From Mytilus trossulus (lineage: Eukaryota): a stretch of DNA of 64,000 nt. The notes beneath the pieces were generated by a model. The model ran no database searches. It was given only the letters and a program-made list of their open reading frames with translations, and was not told where the DNA came from. Made by a program: the position numbers and the translations under genes. Numbering within the stretch: the stretch's first letter is position 1; every line of letters begins with the position of its first letter. Positions 61,861-64,000 of this stretch are shown here, piece by piece. The DNA lies in the NCBI RefSeq assembly GCF_036588685.1, contig NC_086373.1, positions 30,814,001 to 30,878,000 of the forward strand, read 5' to 3'.

Positions 61861-62107
61861 TGGGTCGCATTTGGGTATAAGCGTGACGCCGGATTGCCGA
61901 TTTTTTGCAAGCGTGACAGGTGAAAGTCAAATGATTGTGTCGTGAAAAACGAGAAATGAAGTCTAGCGGGACACGGATAATTACAAAAAATGAGAACTGC
62001 ATAGTATAAGCGGGATACGGGAATCTGACAAAACAATAAGCGGAATACGGGAATCTGACAAAACAGTAAGCGGGATCCGGGATCAGAACCCCCCAAAGAG
62101 ACCCCAG
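61861..62107. mobile_element. GC-rich MITE-like element with internal AAGCGGGATACGGGAATCTGACAAAACA repeats
   Basis: About three internal repeats and degenerate TGGGTC...GACCCCA ends. Confidence 0.6.
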
Positions 62108-63132
62108 AATAAAATATTTTTGTATATTCATCCTATTGTTGCAGTCATGCCTGCAATAACAAATGTATTCGATGCATGCATTTTTTTTTATATTTTTGGT
62201 CCCTTTTTCAATTTTGTGGGGTCCAAATTTATAGACAAAAGTCCTTTAATATAGATATTTGGGATTCGTTGACATGCTGAATCTAACCGTGTATCTAGTT
62301 TGGGGATTTTTTGTCTAGTTTCTGAAATAGCCCAAATAGAGTTCCAAAGGGTCTAAAATCAACAAAAATGAATTGTAGCATGCATTTCGTGTACAATAAC
62401 CCAAATGAGTATGGTTTTACCTCTGCGGTAGTATCCATTCGCGGATCTAGAATTTTTCATTTTGAGAATCGCTTTTGTTACAAGTTTGAAAAGCTATATA
62501 TTTGATGAAGAATGAATGAGGAGTTTATATTTCAATTTGAAAATACATGTATCATAAATCCTAAAGTCATCAACTAAGTTTTTTCATTTGTTGCAAGTGC
62601 ATTTATCACACAATTCTACAATAAAAATTCCTCGCATCTTTGAAAATTCTACATTAATAATGACTGCACTAACAGTGATAATTCATCGCAATATATAGTT
62701 AAAATGGATCGCTTTCAATAATCGATATGCTATATTATGATGCTTTTATAACACTTATTTGAACTTTAATGCTATGTTTGTATATTATAAAGACATATCA
62801 CAATGAAAATATGTTAAAACTTTCCTTCAAATCACTTAACTTGGTATTTTCAAAACGTAAACAAATACAGTTTTCCCATGATCCTTTATTCTACAATAGA
62901 CATACCCGCATATAACAGTAAAAATGAACTAGCTGGATTCGCACTTTATATACACTGAAATAGTAACGATGTAATGGCAATAAAAAGTTGAAATATTTCC
63001 TGTTTTAATCTTGACTTCACAATGGCGGTTGCTTCTATACACTGTGACGTTGCGTCGTACTGTTAGTAACGTTAGAAGTCTGTATGCCGTCGTCGCTTAT
63101 TCAGCTGAGCATAAATTTAGAAGGCTTTCAAG

Positions 63133-63253
63133 ATGATGAAATTACTGTTGAAGACTATAATTGCTGCGGAGACTAAGCCTCCATCTCCGCCACCGGAGGA
63201 GCCTAGTCCCTCGCTTATCAGCATTTCGAAATCTGATGTTATAAAACCACAAA
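63133..63253 (+). CDS. Probable first coding exon of an unidentified gene continuing beyond the window
   Basis: MMKLLLKTIIAAETKPPSPPPEEPSPSLISISKSDVIKPQ followed by a phase-1 donor GTGAGT. It lies in a locally CpG-rich patch with YY1-like AATGGCGG (63021) and TGACGT (63045) upstream. Confidence 0.5.
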
Positions 63254-64000
63254 GTGAGTAATTTATTGAAATTGCCATTTAATGTTAGTAAATTGCCCTT
63301 AGTTGTTTCTGAATATGTAACGTTCTTTAAGAAAAATTGCTGATGGCAGATCTGTGATGCATTCTGTTCAATTTATTCGTGTGTTTGAATTTAGAGCTTT
63401 TAATGTTTTATAAACGTAAAAGATCGTATGGCATTTCTGTTTCGTCCTTTTTGTTGTTGTTGGATTGCTGTCCGGTTGAATATTATACCAACAATTCGTT
63501 TTAAATTTTATTGTTTGCAATTACAACTTTCAACAAAAATGTCTATATTGGTACTAATATATTTTTACTTTTACTATACCCGATACACAAAAACGTACTG
63601 TTTAATTAATTATCTCTAGTGAAAGGAGAATATTTGTTCTCATAATATACCCCAAGTCTTTAGAGACTACTTAACGCATTCAGCAAATTCAAATTTCGTC
63701 ATCATCATCAAAAAGTTTTTGTAAGAGAGCCCTCCTCAGAAAAACTTAATGTGTGACTTTTTGAATTTTATGAAAGCTATAGAGTGCAATATAATTCATA
63801 TTTGGATTGCTGAAGACTAATAAAACATTCATTGAAACATCAAGATTGTGTAATGTATGTTTACATATTATCGACTGTTTTATGTATACGAGTCCGTATT
63901 TTCATATCCATACCAGTCAGGAAGGAGCCTGTTGTTCTGTGGTTGAGATTTGTTGGTATGGTGTTTCTCGTTTCTCGTTTTTTTATATATAAATTAGACC

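Noticed and set aside
1-64000. Prokaryotic features: operons, CRISPR arrays, rRNA or tRNA genes
   Set aside because: The sequence is intron-containing eukaryotic DNA. There is no repeat-spacer array, and I recognised no rRNA or cloverleaf tRNA.

Overview
This is AT-rich eukaryotic genomic DNA with spliced genes. The repeat content and gene families point to a bivalve mollusc, most likely a Mytilus mussel (inference). Most entries in the ORF track are noise, so I built gene models by hand from GT-AG boundaries and reading phase. Host genes: (1) two tandem sigma-class glutathione S-transferases on the - strand, one complete with 5 exons and 204 aa (9639->3734) and one represented only by exon 1 (208->76) before the window edge; (2) a cluster of three intact, secreted tyrosinase/catechol-oxidase (type-3 copper) genes, Tyr-A + 15905-27358, Tyr-B + 38534-45284 and Tyr-C - 55791->52317, all sharing a 113-bp CuA exon, plus a frameshifted relic exon of a fourth paralogue at 37836-37974; (3) a probable first exon of an unidentified gene at 63133. 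The rest is densely nested mobile DNA: Penelope-like RT fragments and their 3' repeats, about ten hammerhead-ribozyme (retrozyme-type) repeats, CR1/L2-type and Tx1/L1-type LINE fragments, Tc1 relics, TTAA-flanked Kolobok-type elements, a Helentron/HINE with internal tandem repeats, and several MITEs and foldbacks. The most notable signals are an intact sense-strand type-I hammerhead ribozyme in Tyr-A intron 1, a 2.9-kb non-autonomous CACGGTG-terminated element with a 5-bp TSD (Transib/RAG-like signature), and divergence of the three tyrosinases at the residues next to the CuB histidines.
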